From Alphaproteobacteria bacterium (GTDB taxonomy: Bacteria; Pseudomonadota; Alphaproteobacteria; RF32; CAG-239): DNA of 64,000 nucleotides. The translations under genes and the position numbers were made by a program. Below the pieces are notes generated by a model. The model saw nothing but the letters and a program-made list of their open reading frames with translations, ran no database searches and was not told where the DNA came from. Where the stretch lies: assembly GCA_045537965.1 (NCBI GenBank), contig JAZSQL010000055.1, forward strand, positions 5,031-69,030, given 5' to 3'. Numbering within the stretch: position 1 is the first letter of the stretch; every line of letters begins with the position of its first letter. Shown one piece after another: positions 38,976 to 49,323 of this stretch.

Positions 38976-40727
38976 ATGCAAAAAAAGCCCTTAAGTTTTA
39001 TTTGGCACTATATTAAAGATTTTAAATATACAATATTGTTTATTGTTTTTCTGATAATTTTTGCTCGAAGTCTTATGCAAATAGGTTTTTACTTTTCTGC
39101 AAAACTATTTAGCTGGGCAGGAACAGAGTTTCAAAACCCAAAGTATTGGCAAATAATTATAATGTTTTTGAGTGGTTTTATCCTATTGGACTTAATTGGT
39201 CATCTTTTTCAAACTTGGAGTTTATATATTTCAGGAAAAGTAATTCCTCATATTCGTTCGCTTGTTATTAAAGATACTTTTGATTATGTAAACAAACAAT
39301 CAATTTCATATTTTGCTAATGAAATGACAGGTAATATTTCAAATAAGTTTAATCAACTTCAAAATAGTGTTGCTGAATTTTTTATGTATACTAGCAATAT
39401 TTTATTTGATGCTAGTTATCTTTTGGTCAATACCGCTATATTGTCCTTTGTTAATTGGATTTTAGGTGTTGCGGTTATCTTTTGGTCTTTTTTAATGGTG
39501 TTTTGTGGTCGATACTTTGGCTTAAAAAGGGCTGAGTTTTCCCGCAAGACATCAACAGAACAAAGTATTTCAAATGCTCGTATAGTCGATTCGATAGCTA
39601 ATTATTCTGAAATAAAAAGTTTTGCTAATTTTAAATATGAAAGAATAAATTTATTAAAGGTTTTGCGTAAATGGCGTCATGCTGAAACCTATGAGCAAAA
39701 ACAACGTAATTTGATAATGCTTTCACTTGGTATAATATCGGTGTTATCAGGTGCTTTTTTCTGTTTTTTAGGGCTAGTTCTTTTTTATTATAAGCAAATA
39801 GATTTAACAGGTTTTATATTTGTTTTGACTATTATAACTCGATTAAGTGGTGTAGCTTTTGGAGTAAATTGGGCTGTAAATAATCTTTCAAAATTGTTTG
39901 GTGTTCTTAGTTCAGCTCTAGAAACTTTAGCTGTCAAACCAGATATTGTCGATTCGGAGAATGCCATAGAGCTAAAAGCTAAAAAGGCGGAAATAATTTT
40001 TGAAAATGTTAATTTTTCATATAAAAACAACGAAACAATATTTTCCGATTTTAATTTAAAAATAAAAGCGGGTGAAAAGGTTGGAATTGTAGGCTCATCA
40101 GGAGCAGGAAAATCAACTTTAATAAAACTTATTGCCCGTTATTTTGATACAACCTCAGGAGCTATTAAAATTAATGGTACAGATATAAAAGAAGTTACTC
40201 AAGATTCTTTGCATAAGATAATTTCTACAATTCCTCAAGATGTATGCTTATTTAATCGCTCTTTAGAAGAAAATATCCGTTATGGAAAAACTACAGCAAC
40301 TTTAGAAGAAGTCAAAAAAGCTGCCAAACAAGCATCTGCTGATAAATTTATAGAAAAACATCCCAATGGTTATGAAACAAAAGTAGGCGATCGTGGTGTT
40401 ATTTTATCAGGTGGTGAACGCCAAAGAATAGCTATTGCTAGAGCGATATTAAAAAATGCTCCTATTTTAATATTTGATGAAGCTACATCATCATTAGATT
40501 CTGAAAGTGAAAGATATATTCAAGAATCTTTAAAAACTCTAATGAAAAACAAGACTGTTATTGCAGTAGCTCACCGCTTATCGACTTTACGCGAAATGGA
40601 TAGAATTGTTGTTCTAGAAGATGGCAAAATAATAGAAGAGGGAACACATATAGGATTGTTGCGCAAAAAAGGGCGCTATGCAAAGTTATTTAAGATGCAG
40701 TCCGATGGTTATTTACGATTTAGTTAA
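38976..40727 (+). CDS. ABC exporter, fused permease/ATPase (MsbA-like)
   Basis: Six-TM N-terminal domain, Walker A GSSGAGKST, signature LSGGERQR, Walker B ILIFDEATS. Confidence 0.85.
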   Translation: MQKKPLSFIWHYIKDFKYTILFIVFLIIFARSLMQIGFYFSAKLFSWAGTEFQNPKYWQIIIMFLSGFILLDLIGHLFQTWSLYISGKVIPHIRSLVIKDTFDYVNKQSISYFANEMTGNISNKFNQLQNSVAEFFMYTSNILFDASYLLVNTAILSFVNWILGVAVIFWSFLMVFCGRYFGLKRAEFSRKTSTEQSISNARIVDSIANYSEIKSFANFKYERINLLKVLRKWRHAETYEQKQRNLIMLSLGIISVLSGAFFCFLGLVLFYYKQIDLTGFIFVLTIITRLSGVAFGVNWAVNNLSKLFGVLSSALETLAVKPDIVDSENAIELKAKKAEIIFENVNFSYKNNETIFSDFNLKIKAGEKVGIVGSSGAGKSTLIKLIARYFDTTSGAIKINGTDIKEVTQDSLHKIISTIPQDVCLFNRSLEENIRYGKTTATLEEVKKAAKQASADKFIEKHPNGYETKVGDRGVILSGGERQRIAIARAILKNAPILIFDEATSSLDSESERYIQESLKTLMKNKTVIAVAHRLSTLREMDRIVVLEDGKIIEEGTHIGLLRKKGRYAKLFKMQSDGYLRFS

Positions 40728-43519
40728 AAATTATAAATTAAACTAAGATTAGCAGTACTATTAGTATAATCGGAACCAAAACTATAAGAGCCAGCTATTG
40801 ACACATTCCAATTTTTTACCATATCAAAAGGCATTCCTGCTTCAACCTTCATCAGTGTACGATCTTCTGTTGTTTCTAAACGCATGTTTTCTATTAATTC
40901 AAATTCCTCACTATCATTCATAATCTGAACAATAGATGGTTTAACAAATATTTCTGCACGTGCTTCAGAAAATTCCTAACGTTTCGCTATTTTAATTCCA
41001 GCCTCAAATTCGGTGCGGCTGGCGTCTTCAAATTCTTGAATCTTACCAGCATTATCCGAGATTTCTTCCATTTTAACAGATGTATAAGACAATCTTACTT
41101 CAGGCTCAATTCTAAGCCCACTAATATTTTTATATATATAATTGACATCTAGTATTGCACCATAGGTCGTACCAGAAGTATCCGATTTAACACCATCTTT
41201 TGTACTAACACTAGCATCAAGCATACCAGCATATCCAGCTAATAAAACAGACCAAAAACGACCATCAGCTCTAATATAAGCGCCTCCTAAATAGCTGTCT
41301 ATAGTTGTTTCAGCTTCTCCTCGCAAGGTATATTTTCCCTACTTTCATCATAATTATATACACCATTTCTATATGATGCTAACAATCCAAATTTGGTAAT
41401 TCCGTTACTAATAATGTCGATTCCCCCATCAACACCAGAAATAAAAGAAGTATAATTATACGGCGCTTCTATTGTAGCCGAAGAATACACAGGAGCTATC
41501 CATCCTGTAAATACAGGACGAGTACTGCGACAAATATGATTAGAATATTTTTGCCTTTTTGCTAAACGATAGGGAACTTTATTATATTCATTTATCGCAA
41601 TATTATTTCTCAAATTAGCACCTAAACTAGTAGTTTGCATAAAAGTATTGTCAATTAATCCATAATAAGCTGCAGTCTCTGGCACAATCAGAGGTCTACC
41701 TGCGTTTGACACATAACCATACTAACGATTATTTTCAAATAATGTTTCCCAAACAAAAGGTGATGCTTCGCTACGCCAAATAGAAAAACTATCTGCATTT
41801 CCACTAATATTGTTTGGAGCTTGAATTAATAATATTTTATTTGAGGTTGATTTATCGTCGGCCGATTTTAATGTTATTGTTGATTTACCTAGGACATCAC
41901 CATTTATAATAATTCTATCAGCAATATTTTTTTTCAATATCCATAATAATAGCTGAATTGTTACCACCGTATGTTCCTTCAATAGTAAAAGTATCGCCAA
42001 CGATATGAGTATCACTGCTCATATCGATAATACCCTTATTGATAATATTTCCATTTAGGGTGATATTTAACATATTATTCAAGGTTTCTGAGACATCCAG
42101 TGTTGATCCAGAATTTATTGATAAATTTTTTTCAGAACCATTAAGTGCCAAATCAGATTCTATTCTTAGAATAGAATCTGTCACATTTACCTGATTCCAT
42201 CCTGCAATTTGGACAGTATCGTCATTTTCGCTATCAGAAATAACAAATGATCCATTATTGAGATTAAGAGTTTTATCAGTTACCATATCGTTATTTATAA
42301 CTTTTTTATTAAAGGCGCTATTTACGCCCCCCATTAATGTTAGAGTATTAAGAGCGGAACCTTCAGCAAACAAATTTTCAAAGTTAAGGTCTGAATCTGT
42401 AGTATTTGTTGTAATGTGGATAGTCAAACTATCAGCTAAAATAACTCCATCGTTCAATTTGAGTACAGCTTCTGCATTGGCAACCAGATTATAGATAGTA
42501 GAAGCAGTTTCCGCATTTATAATACCACCTCCATTAACTGTAACCAAATTAAGAAAAGCCCTCGTTTTAATATTTAATTGTCCTCCATTATTCAAAAAGG
42601 TATTGCTAGCACTACTATCAATTTCAACATTCATAATACCGCCATTTTGAATGTTTGCAGATTGAATCATTCCTTCATCAACAGATATTTGTCCATTCTC
42701 AACAGAAATGTTACTAGCGTTTCTATTTGCAGAAATTTGCAAATTACCATTAGAAGATATATTAATATTTTGTGCTGTACCATTATCAACGATAATTGTA
42801 CCACCAACAATAGAGCTGTTTTGAATGCTTCCACCATTTACAGCTGTAAGGATAGAATCTGTATTTACAGAAAATCCACTGGCAATAGAGTCTTTTATGC
42901 TAGCATTTAAGGTTTCATCGTTTCCATTGGTGATACCTATAATAGTAGCATCCGTTGTTAAATTGAACTTTGCGCCATCATTTAATTTTAAATCATAAAC
43001 ATCTGCTGTACCATTATCGGTTAATGATGCTTGACTACCTATCTCAATATTTTGAATAGTTCCTCCTTGAGATATAGTTAAACTTCCTTGTCCATCAATA
43101 ATTGCACCTATGACTGTTTCACCGTTGATATTAACCGTTCCTGTATCTGCTACATTAATCGTTTGAGCTTGTCCACCAGATTCAATATTCAATGTTCCTG
43201 TATTTGTAATATTTGTTTCTGAGGCTATTCCTCCTTGTGTAATATTAACCACACCTCCAGAAACAAAGGCTTTTTCTGCGTTACCCTGTTCATTAATATT
43301 CATAGTTCCATTTTCACCGACAAACGTGTTTATTGTGACGCCAGCGGAATTAATGTTAAGAACATCAACGGTTACACCGTCAGGAATTGTTAGATTTTCC
43401 ACTGTTGTATTTTCAACATTTTGTTCATCAGCAAAAGAACATTTCGGTAAAAACAAAACAGCCCATGCCGCAAAAATTGCGGTTACTGGATAAAGATGCT
43501 TTGTTTTCAAAAATATCAT
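40724..43519 (-). pseudogene. autotransporter (type Va) gene disrupted by 2 frameshifts and 2 in-frame TAG codons
   Basis: It has a signal peptide (MIFLKTKHLYPVTAIFAAWAVLFLPKCSFA). The passenger domain is a repetitive G/N/T/I-rich beta-helix type. The linker and beta-barrel pieces are spread over five track ORFs. The barrel ends LSLIYNF. Confidence 0.75.
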
Positions 43520-43705
43520 AGTTTCTCTTTCTTGGGAGACGGATATAGTTAAAACCTTATGAGGCAAGGCTAAGATAAAAAAATTAATAAAAAATTACCG
43601 ATTCCCCACAGTAAATGTAACGATTCGTATCAAATCGTTGTAGGGATTCGTTTTGAGTCAAATTAATATTTTTTACTGTTAGATAAAGAATCGCAAACAG
43701 AAACG

Positions 43706-44929
43706 CTAATTGGCAAAAATTTTATTGTTTCTAATCTCAAAAAATTGTGCAGCACATCGTAAGCTATTAAAAAGTTCTGGATTTGTTGTTGTCATCCATG
43801 CTTGAATATTAAGCATCATAATTTTTTCTAGCAAAGCCTCTCTTTTTATATCGTCTAAATGTGCGACTATTTCATCTAAAAGCAAAACAGGAGCAAAACC
43901 TTTGTACAAAGTTTGGCATTTTGTTTGTGCTAATATAATACTTATTAATAAGGATTTTTGCTCTCCTGTTGAACATAATTCTGCAGGCATACCTTTCTTT
44001 TTGAAATAGACTTTAAAATCTGTCCGATTTACTCCGTCTGGCGTATCATTATGTAGAACAAAACACCGTTGTTTTTTTATCATATTTTTATATTCTTCTT
44101 CCACATCAATAGCAGGCTTATTATCAAGAGCTTTTTCAACATTCCCATCAAGATCTAGTCTAACCGATGGGAAAATATCATCAGGTTCATTCTCTATAAA
44201 AGTATTTAATCTGGCCACCTGTTCTCTGCGAGCTGCGGCAATAGCAACACCTATTGCCGCCATATTTTCTTCCAAAGAATCTAGCCAATAGTTATCGTTT
44301 TTACCTTCTTTTAGTAAACGATACCATTCTTTATATAAGTGTTCAAAATTAGCAGTTCTTTTTGCGTGTTCCATATCAAAAGCGTAAACCAATCTATCAA
44401 GAAAAGAGCGTCTGGGTTGACTACCTCCTCTAAAAAGGCGATCCATTTGAGGAGTAAGCCATATAGCAGATATACATTGTCCAAGCTCAGCTTGAGATGA
44501 TATTCTAGCGTTGTCTATTTTTACAATTCTTCTTTCAAAAGATTTATATCCATCTATATCTTCCACTTCTTTAGATGTTTTTTCTACAGCAGTAGTGATT
44601 GTATATAGTTCATCATTATTTACTACATCAGCTACCACAGCCCAATTTAATGGAGATACAAAAGATATTTCTTTATTATTAGTTATTTGCGGTATAAACC
44701 TTTTAATATCAGCCAGTCGAGCTCCTCGAAGTCCTCGTCCAGGTGTTAAAAAAGATATAGCTTCTAAAATATTTGTTTTACCACAACCATTTTCTCCATA
44801 GATAATTATAGGCGCAATCTCTGATTCTACTCTAAGATTAGCATAGTTTCTAAAATCAGTTAAAGTCAGACGTTTTACGCCTGACTTTAACTTTGTTAAA
44901 TTAGCTAAATTGTGCGCAAAACAATCCAT
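43706..44929 (-). CDS. recF: DNA replication and repair protein RecF
   Basis: Walker A GENGCGKTNILEAI and the SMC-like signature STGEQKSL. Follows dnaN. Confidence 0.92.
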   Translation of the reverse strand: MDCFAHNLANLTKLKSGVKRLTLTDFRNYANLRVESEIAPIIIYGENGCGKTNILEAISFLTPGRGLRGARLADIKRFIPQITNNKEISFVSPLNWAVVADVVNNDELYTITTAVEKTSKEVEDIDGYKSFERRIVKIDNARISSQAELGQCISAIWLTPQMDRLFRGGSQPRRSFLDRLVYAFDMEHAKRTANFEHLYKEWYRLLKEGKNDNYWLDSLEENMAAIGVAIAAARREQVARLNTFIENEPDDIFPSVRLDLDGNVEKALDNKPAIDVEEEYKNMIKKQRCFVLHNDTPDGVNRTDFKVYFKKKGMPAELCSTGEQKSLLISIILAQTKCQTLYKGFAPVLLLDEIVAHLDDIKREALLEKIMMLNIQAWMTTTNPELFNSLRCAAQFFEIRNNKIFAN

Positions 44930-46054
44930 TTACACTCTCATCGGCATCAATACATAAATTGCACTAGAATCCGATATATCATGAATTACAGAAGGCGAAG
45001 ACGCATCAGCAAAAGAAATTCTAACTGTATCACCTTTTACTTCATTCAAAATGTCCAACAAATAACGGAAGTTATATCCAATTTCAAGAGCTTCATATTC
45101 ATATTTTGCTTCTAAATCTTCGGATGCACTACCTAAATCAGGGCTAGAAGTAACAATAGTAACTTTATTAGGTTTGGTAAGCATTTTGATTGCTCTTGTT
45201 CGTTCTGCAACAACAGAAACACGATCAACTGCCGAGGCTAAATCTTTTACGCCAAGCTCTAAAGATTTATCATTATCTGTAGGGATAACTCTTTCATAGT
45301 CAGGATACGTTCCATCAATTAATTTAGATGTCAAAGTAATATCAGTTATCGAAAACCTAACTTTATTTTCAGAAACCTCAATAATAACATTTTCAACAGA
45401 GTTATCATCTAAAAGTTTACGAATTTCAGCAACAGTCTTACGAGGAATAATAACTCCATTAAGATTTTCAGCTCCTTGAGGTAATGGCGATTCTACGCAC
45501 GCTAAACGATGTCCATCAGTTGCAACAACACGTAAAACTTCAGATACACCTTCTTTCTTTGCGTGAACGTATAAGCCGTTAAGGTAATATCTTGTTTCTT
45601 CTGTTGAAACGGCAAATTGCGTTCTATCAATTACATCTTTCAATTCATCCTTTGGCATAACAAAAGATGTTGGTAACTTATCTCCAGATATAACAGGAAA
45701 ATCTTCAACAGGGATAGTAGAAAGCGAAAATTTAGACCTAGCAGAAGAGATGGTTAACTGTCCTTTATCATCAGGATAAATTAATTCAACTTGCGAACCT
45801 TCAGAAAGCTTGCGAACAATATCATATAACATGTGAGCAGGAGCAGTCGTTGCACCAGTTTCTATTATTTTTGCATCAGCCATTTCTGTAATTTCGGTAT
45901 CCATATCCGTTGCTTTAAAGCTAATTCCGTCACCCAAAGCTTCAATTCTAACATTTGATAAAACAGGAATGGTATTTCTTTTTTCAACAATACTCTGAAC
46001 ATGGCTCAATGTTTTTAGTAAATGTGCTTTTTCAATAGTAAATCTCATTTTCAC
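44930..46054 (-). CDS. dnaN: DNA polymerase III beta sliding clamp
   Basis: 374 aa, starting MKMRFTIEKAHLLKTL and ending LMPMRV. Position dnaA-dnaN-recF. Confidence 0.96.
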   Translation of the reverse strand: MKMRFTIEKAHLLKTLSHVQSIVEKRNTIPVLSNVRIEALGDGISFKATDMDTEITEMADAKIIETGATTAPAHMLYDIVRKLSEGSQVELIYPDDKGQLTISSARSKFSLSTIPVEDFPVISGDKLPTSFVMPKDELKDVIDRTQFAVSTEETRYYLNGLYVHAKKEGVSEVLRVVATDGHRLACVESPLPQGAENLNGVIIPRKTVAEIRKLLDDNSVENVIIEVSENKVRFSITDITLTSKLIDGTYPDYERVIPTDNDKSLELGVKDLASAVDRVSVVAERTRAIKMLTKPNKVTIVTSSPDLGSASEDLEAKYEYEALEIGYNFRYLLDILNEVKGDTVRISFADASSPSVIHDISDSSAIYVLMPMRV

Positions 46055-46150
46055 AATCCAAATTATAAGTTATATCATTGCCCAAATTCTATCATAAACA
46101 GTACAAACAAAAAGATAAAACATTTAATATTCACAACTTTTATACAAAAT

Positions 46151-46176
46151 AAGCCTCTTTAATGGTAAAGAGGCTT
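46151..46176 (-). terminator. hairpin between dnaA and dnaN
   Basis: Stem AAGCCTCTTTA/TAAAGAGGCTT with a 4-nt loop, followed on the minus strand by ATTTTGT. Confidence 0.6.
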
Positions 46177-46203
46177 GATAAAAGAACATTTTGTTAAATA
46201 CGA

Positions 46204-47649
46204 CTATGCTTCCAATGTTCTACGCAAAGTTTCCACATTTTCAGCTAAAGAAACATCTTCCATTATTAACTCTTCAACTTTACGAACAGCATGCATAACC
46301 GTTGTATGATCTCTATCAAACTTGCGTCCAATTTCAGGTAAAGAGCGAGAAGTAAGTTGTTTTGCTAAATACATAGCAATTTGTCGTGGACGTGCAACTG
46401 TACGGGCTCGGCGAGAAGATTGCATTTCTTTAACTGAAATATTAAAATATTCAGCAACTTTTTTCTGAATTTCATCAATAGTGGTACGCTTATCAAATGA
46501 TCGCAACATATCCTTCAAAATATCTTGTGTCATATCTAAAGTTATTTCGTGATTGCTTAGTAATTGAGAGTGAGCAATTACTCTGCGCAAAGCACCTTCT
46601 AATTCACGAATATTAGATGTTATTTTTGTCGCCAAAAATTCAACTACCTTCTGAGGAAGTTCCAGACCAAGTTGTTTAGCTTTGCTATTCAAAATACCCA
46701 TTCTTAAATCGAAATCAGTAGGGTGTATATCTGCAACTAAACCACAACCAAGGCGAGATTTCAAACGAGCTTCAATTCCTTCCAAATCCGCAGGAGATTT
46801 ATCGGCAGAGATAATAATTTGACGTCCTTCTTCTATTAATGAATTAAAGGTGTAGAAAAACTCTTCTTGAGTTGTGTCTTTTCCTCCCATAAACTGAACA
46901 TCATCCACCATCAAAACATCAACTGAACGGAACTGTTCTTTAAATGCTGTAGTGTCTTTGTAACGAAGAGCTCTGACAAATTTGTACATAAATTTTTCTG
47001 CAGATAAATAAACTATATTTCTACTAGGATCCTGTTGTTTAATATGCCAAGCAATTGCATGCATAAGATGCGTTTTACCTAAACCAACGCCAGAATATAA
47101 GAATAAAGGGTTAAAAGATACATTACGAGATTCCGCAACCTTTCTTGCTGCAGCATAGGCAAATTCATTGGTTTTGCCTACAACAAAATTATCAAAAGTA
47201 TACTGAGGATTAAGAGGAACAGATAATGAATCATTAAGAGAGCTATCATTGGTATTAGCAACGACAGATTTTATTCCTGACTGATAAATATTTTGGGGCA
47301 CAGGAGAAGTGTTAATTTTTTTCAAAAGAGACCGACACGTAGGTGTATATAATCCCTTACCGATAATACCTTCCTGTCCAGCTTGGACAACAAAATTAAT
47401 ACTCTTTATTGAAGGATTCTTTTTTTCCCAAATTTTGTGAATTCTATCACTATAATTGGTTATTACCCAATTTCTCATAAAACGTGTTGGAACACAAATA
47501 TTCATCGTACCATCGCTAAAAGATCCTATTGTCAAAGGCTTGAGCCAGCTATCAAAAGCGGTTTCCCCTATTTCGATCTTAAGCTGATCACAAATCTGTC
47601 TCCATTGATCTAAAACAGACGTATCATTAATAATTGCTTCTTCAGCCAT
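46204..47649 (-). CDS. dnaA: chromosomal replication initiator DnaA
   Basis: AAA+ Walker A GVGLGKTHL, box VII, and the C-terminal DNA-binding segment DHTTVMHAVRKV. Confidence 0.97.
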   Translation of the reverse strand: MAEEAIINDTSVLDQWRQICDQLKIEIGETAFDSWLKPLTIGSFSDGTMNICVPTRFMRNWVITNYSDRIHKIWEKKNPSIKSINFVVQAGQEGIIGKGLYTPTCRSLLKKINTSPVPQNIYQSGIKSVVANTNDSSLNDSLSVPLNPQYTFDNFVVGKTNEFAYAAARKVAESRNVSFNPLFLYSGVGLGKTHLMHAIAWHIKQQDPSRNIVYLSAEKFMYKFVRALRYKDTTAFKEQFRSVDVLMVDDVQFMGGKDTTQEEFFYTFNSLIEEGRQIIISADKSPADLEGIEARLKSRLGCGLVADIHPTDFDLRMGILNSKAKQLGLELPQKVVEFLATKITSNIRELEGALRRVIAHSQLLSNHEITLDMTQDILKDMLRSFDKRTTIDEIQKKVAEYFNISVKEMQSSRRARTVARPRQIAMYLAKQLTSRSLPEIGRKFDRDHTTVMHAVRKVEELIMEDVSLAENVETLRRTLEA

Positions 47650-47726
47650 TTTTACTCCCCAATTTATATCTCAAAAAAATTAAACCCCACGTCAGTTAAA
47701 TTAAAAACCCAATAGTAAGATATTTT

Positions 47727-47735
47727 CGTGGATAA
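47727..47735 (-). promoter_or_regulatory. DnaA box (8/9 match), TTATCCACG on the dnaA strand
   Basis: The plus strand reads CGTGGATAA, 78 nt upstream of the dnaA ATG. The consensus is TTATCCACA. Confidence 0.55.
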
Positions 47736-47773
47736 AACATTGATAACATCTTACACCCTAATTAATTTAGAGT

Positions 47774-47782
47774 TTATACACA
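47774..47782 (+). promoter_or_regulatory. DnaA box (8/9 match), TTATACACA
   Basis: The plus strand reads TTATACACA, in opposite orientation to the first box and 39 nt away from it. Confidence 0.45.
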
Positions 47783-48111
47783 TTATATCTAACTGTTGAG
47801 ATTATTCCCCTTAAACTCAAAGTTAGTATCTGAAGATCGACATAGCTTTTAAAATACAAAGCTAACATCTATAGTAAAAATCTTCAAAGTTAATGTAGTT
47901 CAAAAAACAAACTGACAACTAATATCGAGACTATACTGTCTGCCTTTCTAGATTCTAAAAATTTCAAAAATACATTCAAAATTCTCTAATAAAGTGATTT
48001 GGATATTAGGGACAAAAAAACAGAAAAACAACAGAATTTTTTACGAACATTGCAATTAAATTCCTTGACACAATCTTTTACAGGAGTCGACCAGATTCTG
48101 CTGCTTTCAGG

Positions 48112-48159
48112 GTAAAAAAACGCAAACCAAATACCTTAAATAAGGGAATGGTTTGCGTT
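48112..48159 (-). terminator. Rho-independent terminator after rpsT
   Basis: On the minus strand: a 10-bp stem AACGCAAACC/GGTTTGCGTT followed by TTTTTTT. Confidence 0.8.
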
Positions 48160-48178
48160 TCAAGAAAATATAAAACTA

Positions 48179-48439
48179 TTACAAAGCTTTAATCTTATGA
48201 GAAAGACGAGAAACTTTACGAGACATAGTGTTTATAGCAAAAACACCTTTTCTAACAGCTCTCATCATTTCAGATTCTGCTATTTTAAAAGTAGCAACAG
48301 CAAGTTCTTTATCGCCAGCAGCGATAGCTGCTTCAACCTTCTTAATGAAGGTACGAACACGACTTCTGCGAGCACTATTAATAACAGCGCGTTTATTGTT
48401 TCTTACGATTCTGCTCTTTGCAGACTTATGATTGGCCAT
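48179..48439 (-). CDS. rpsT: 30S ribosomal protein S20
   Basis: MANHKSAKSRI... and ...SRKVSRLSHKIKAL. I chose the ATG at 48439 rather than the longer track ORF. Confidence 0.95.
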   Translation of the reverse strand: MANHKSAKSRIVRNNKRAVINSARRSRVRTFIKKVEAAIAAGDKELAVATFKIAESEMMRAVRKGVFAINTMSRKVSRLSHKIKAL

Positions 48440-48563
48440 TTTTTTATTCCATTTCAAATATAAAAGGTTGTTCCAATTTTTTTACAAATGTACTGTTTTA
48501 TAAACTTGAACTCTAGTTAAAGTCAACAGTTAATTTTCTCAAACTATGGATTCTAGCACTTTT

Positions 48564-49313
48564 TTATTTAAAATTATCTAAAATCATTCTAAATTCAGGA
48601 GTGTTCATGCTCAAACGACAACTTTTCAGTTCAAGCTCTAAACCATTTTGAAGATTCATATTTTCCACTTGTCGTAGGGTTTCTTTCGCCTGAAGAACGA
48701 CTTGATAAGGTAATGATATGATTCTATTGCCGACTCTTAGTGCCTCATCATAGAGATCTTTTTGTGTAACAACTCTACTGATAAGCCCTGATAAAGACGC
48801 TTCTTCGGCACTCATTGCTCTTCCTGTCAAAATCATTTCCATTGCTTTAGCTTTACCAATACGATGAATTAATCTTGAACACCCTCCAAAAGATGGAATT
48901 GTTCCAATAGAAAGTTCAGGATATCCAATCTGGAGCGATTCTGATGCTAAAATAATATCTCCAGTTAAGGCTAAATCACATCCTAACCCAAGAGCATATC
49001 CAGACAAAGCAACTATTATCGGTTTAGAACAATTAGCAATTTTATTAAATTCATCTTGCCAAGCTTTCAAGGCCAAACTTTGTTGAAAAACTTCATTGCT
49101 AAGGGCTTTTATATCGATTCCTGTAGCAAAATATGCATCATTTCCTTTGATTATTATACACCGTATGGCATCATTATACTCCCAATCTTGAACTTGATAA
49201 GCTATTTCATTAAGCATCTCAAGATTAACAGCATTCATATCTTCTGCTCTATTAAGAGTAATAATGCCTATATGTCCATCAATATCTGTAAGAATAGTGT
49301 TATTTTCACTCAT
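48564..49313 (-). CDS. enoyl-CoA hydratase/isomerase (crotonase) family protein
   Basis: The crotonase fold pattern: ITLNRAEDMNA, GNDAYFATGIDIK and ALSGYALGLGCDLAL. Confidence 0.85.
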   Translation of the reverse strand: MSENNTILTDIDGHIGIITLNRAEDMNAVNLEMLNEIAYQVQDWEYNDAIRCIIIKGNDAYFATGIDIKALSNEVFQQSLALKAWQDEFNKIANCSKPIIVALSGYALGLGCDLALTGDIILASESLQIGYPELSIGTIPSFGGCSRLIHRIGKAKAMEMILTGRAMSAEEASLSGLISRVVTQKDLYDEALRVGNRIISLPYQVVLQAKETLRQVENMNLQNGLELELKSCRLSMNTPEFRMILDNFK

Positions 49314-49323
49314 AACTTTTTTC

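Noticed and set aside
40976-41724. The two in-frame TAG codons in the autotransporter could indicate stop-codon reassignment or programmed readthrough.
   Set aside because: TAG terminates parA, and TGA terminates tsaE and hprK, so the standard code applies. The same gene also carries two frameshifts, which points to pseudogenisation.
43619-43639. An inverted repeat AACGATT-N7-AATCGTT, with nearby GATTCGT direct repeats, upstream of the autotransporter gene. It could be an operator.
   Set aside because: 7-bp arms are not statistically compelling. The downstream gene is a pseudogene and no regulator can be assigned.
47650-48178. Calling the rpsT-dnaA spacer the chromosomal origin outright.
   Set aside because: There are only two imperfect DnaA boxes and no clear DUE repeats or CtrA sites. 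Alphaproteobacterial origins are usually not dnaA-linked. I reported it as a question, not a feature.
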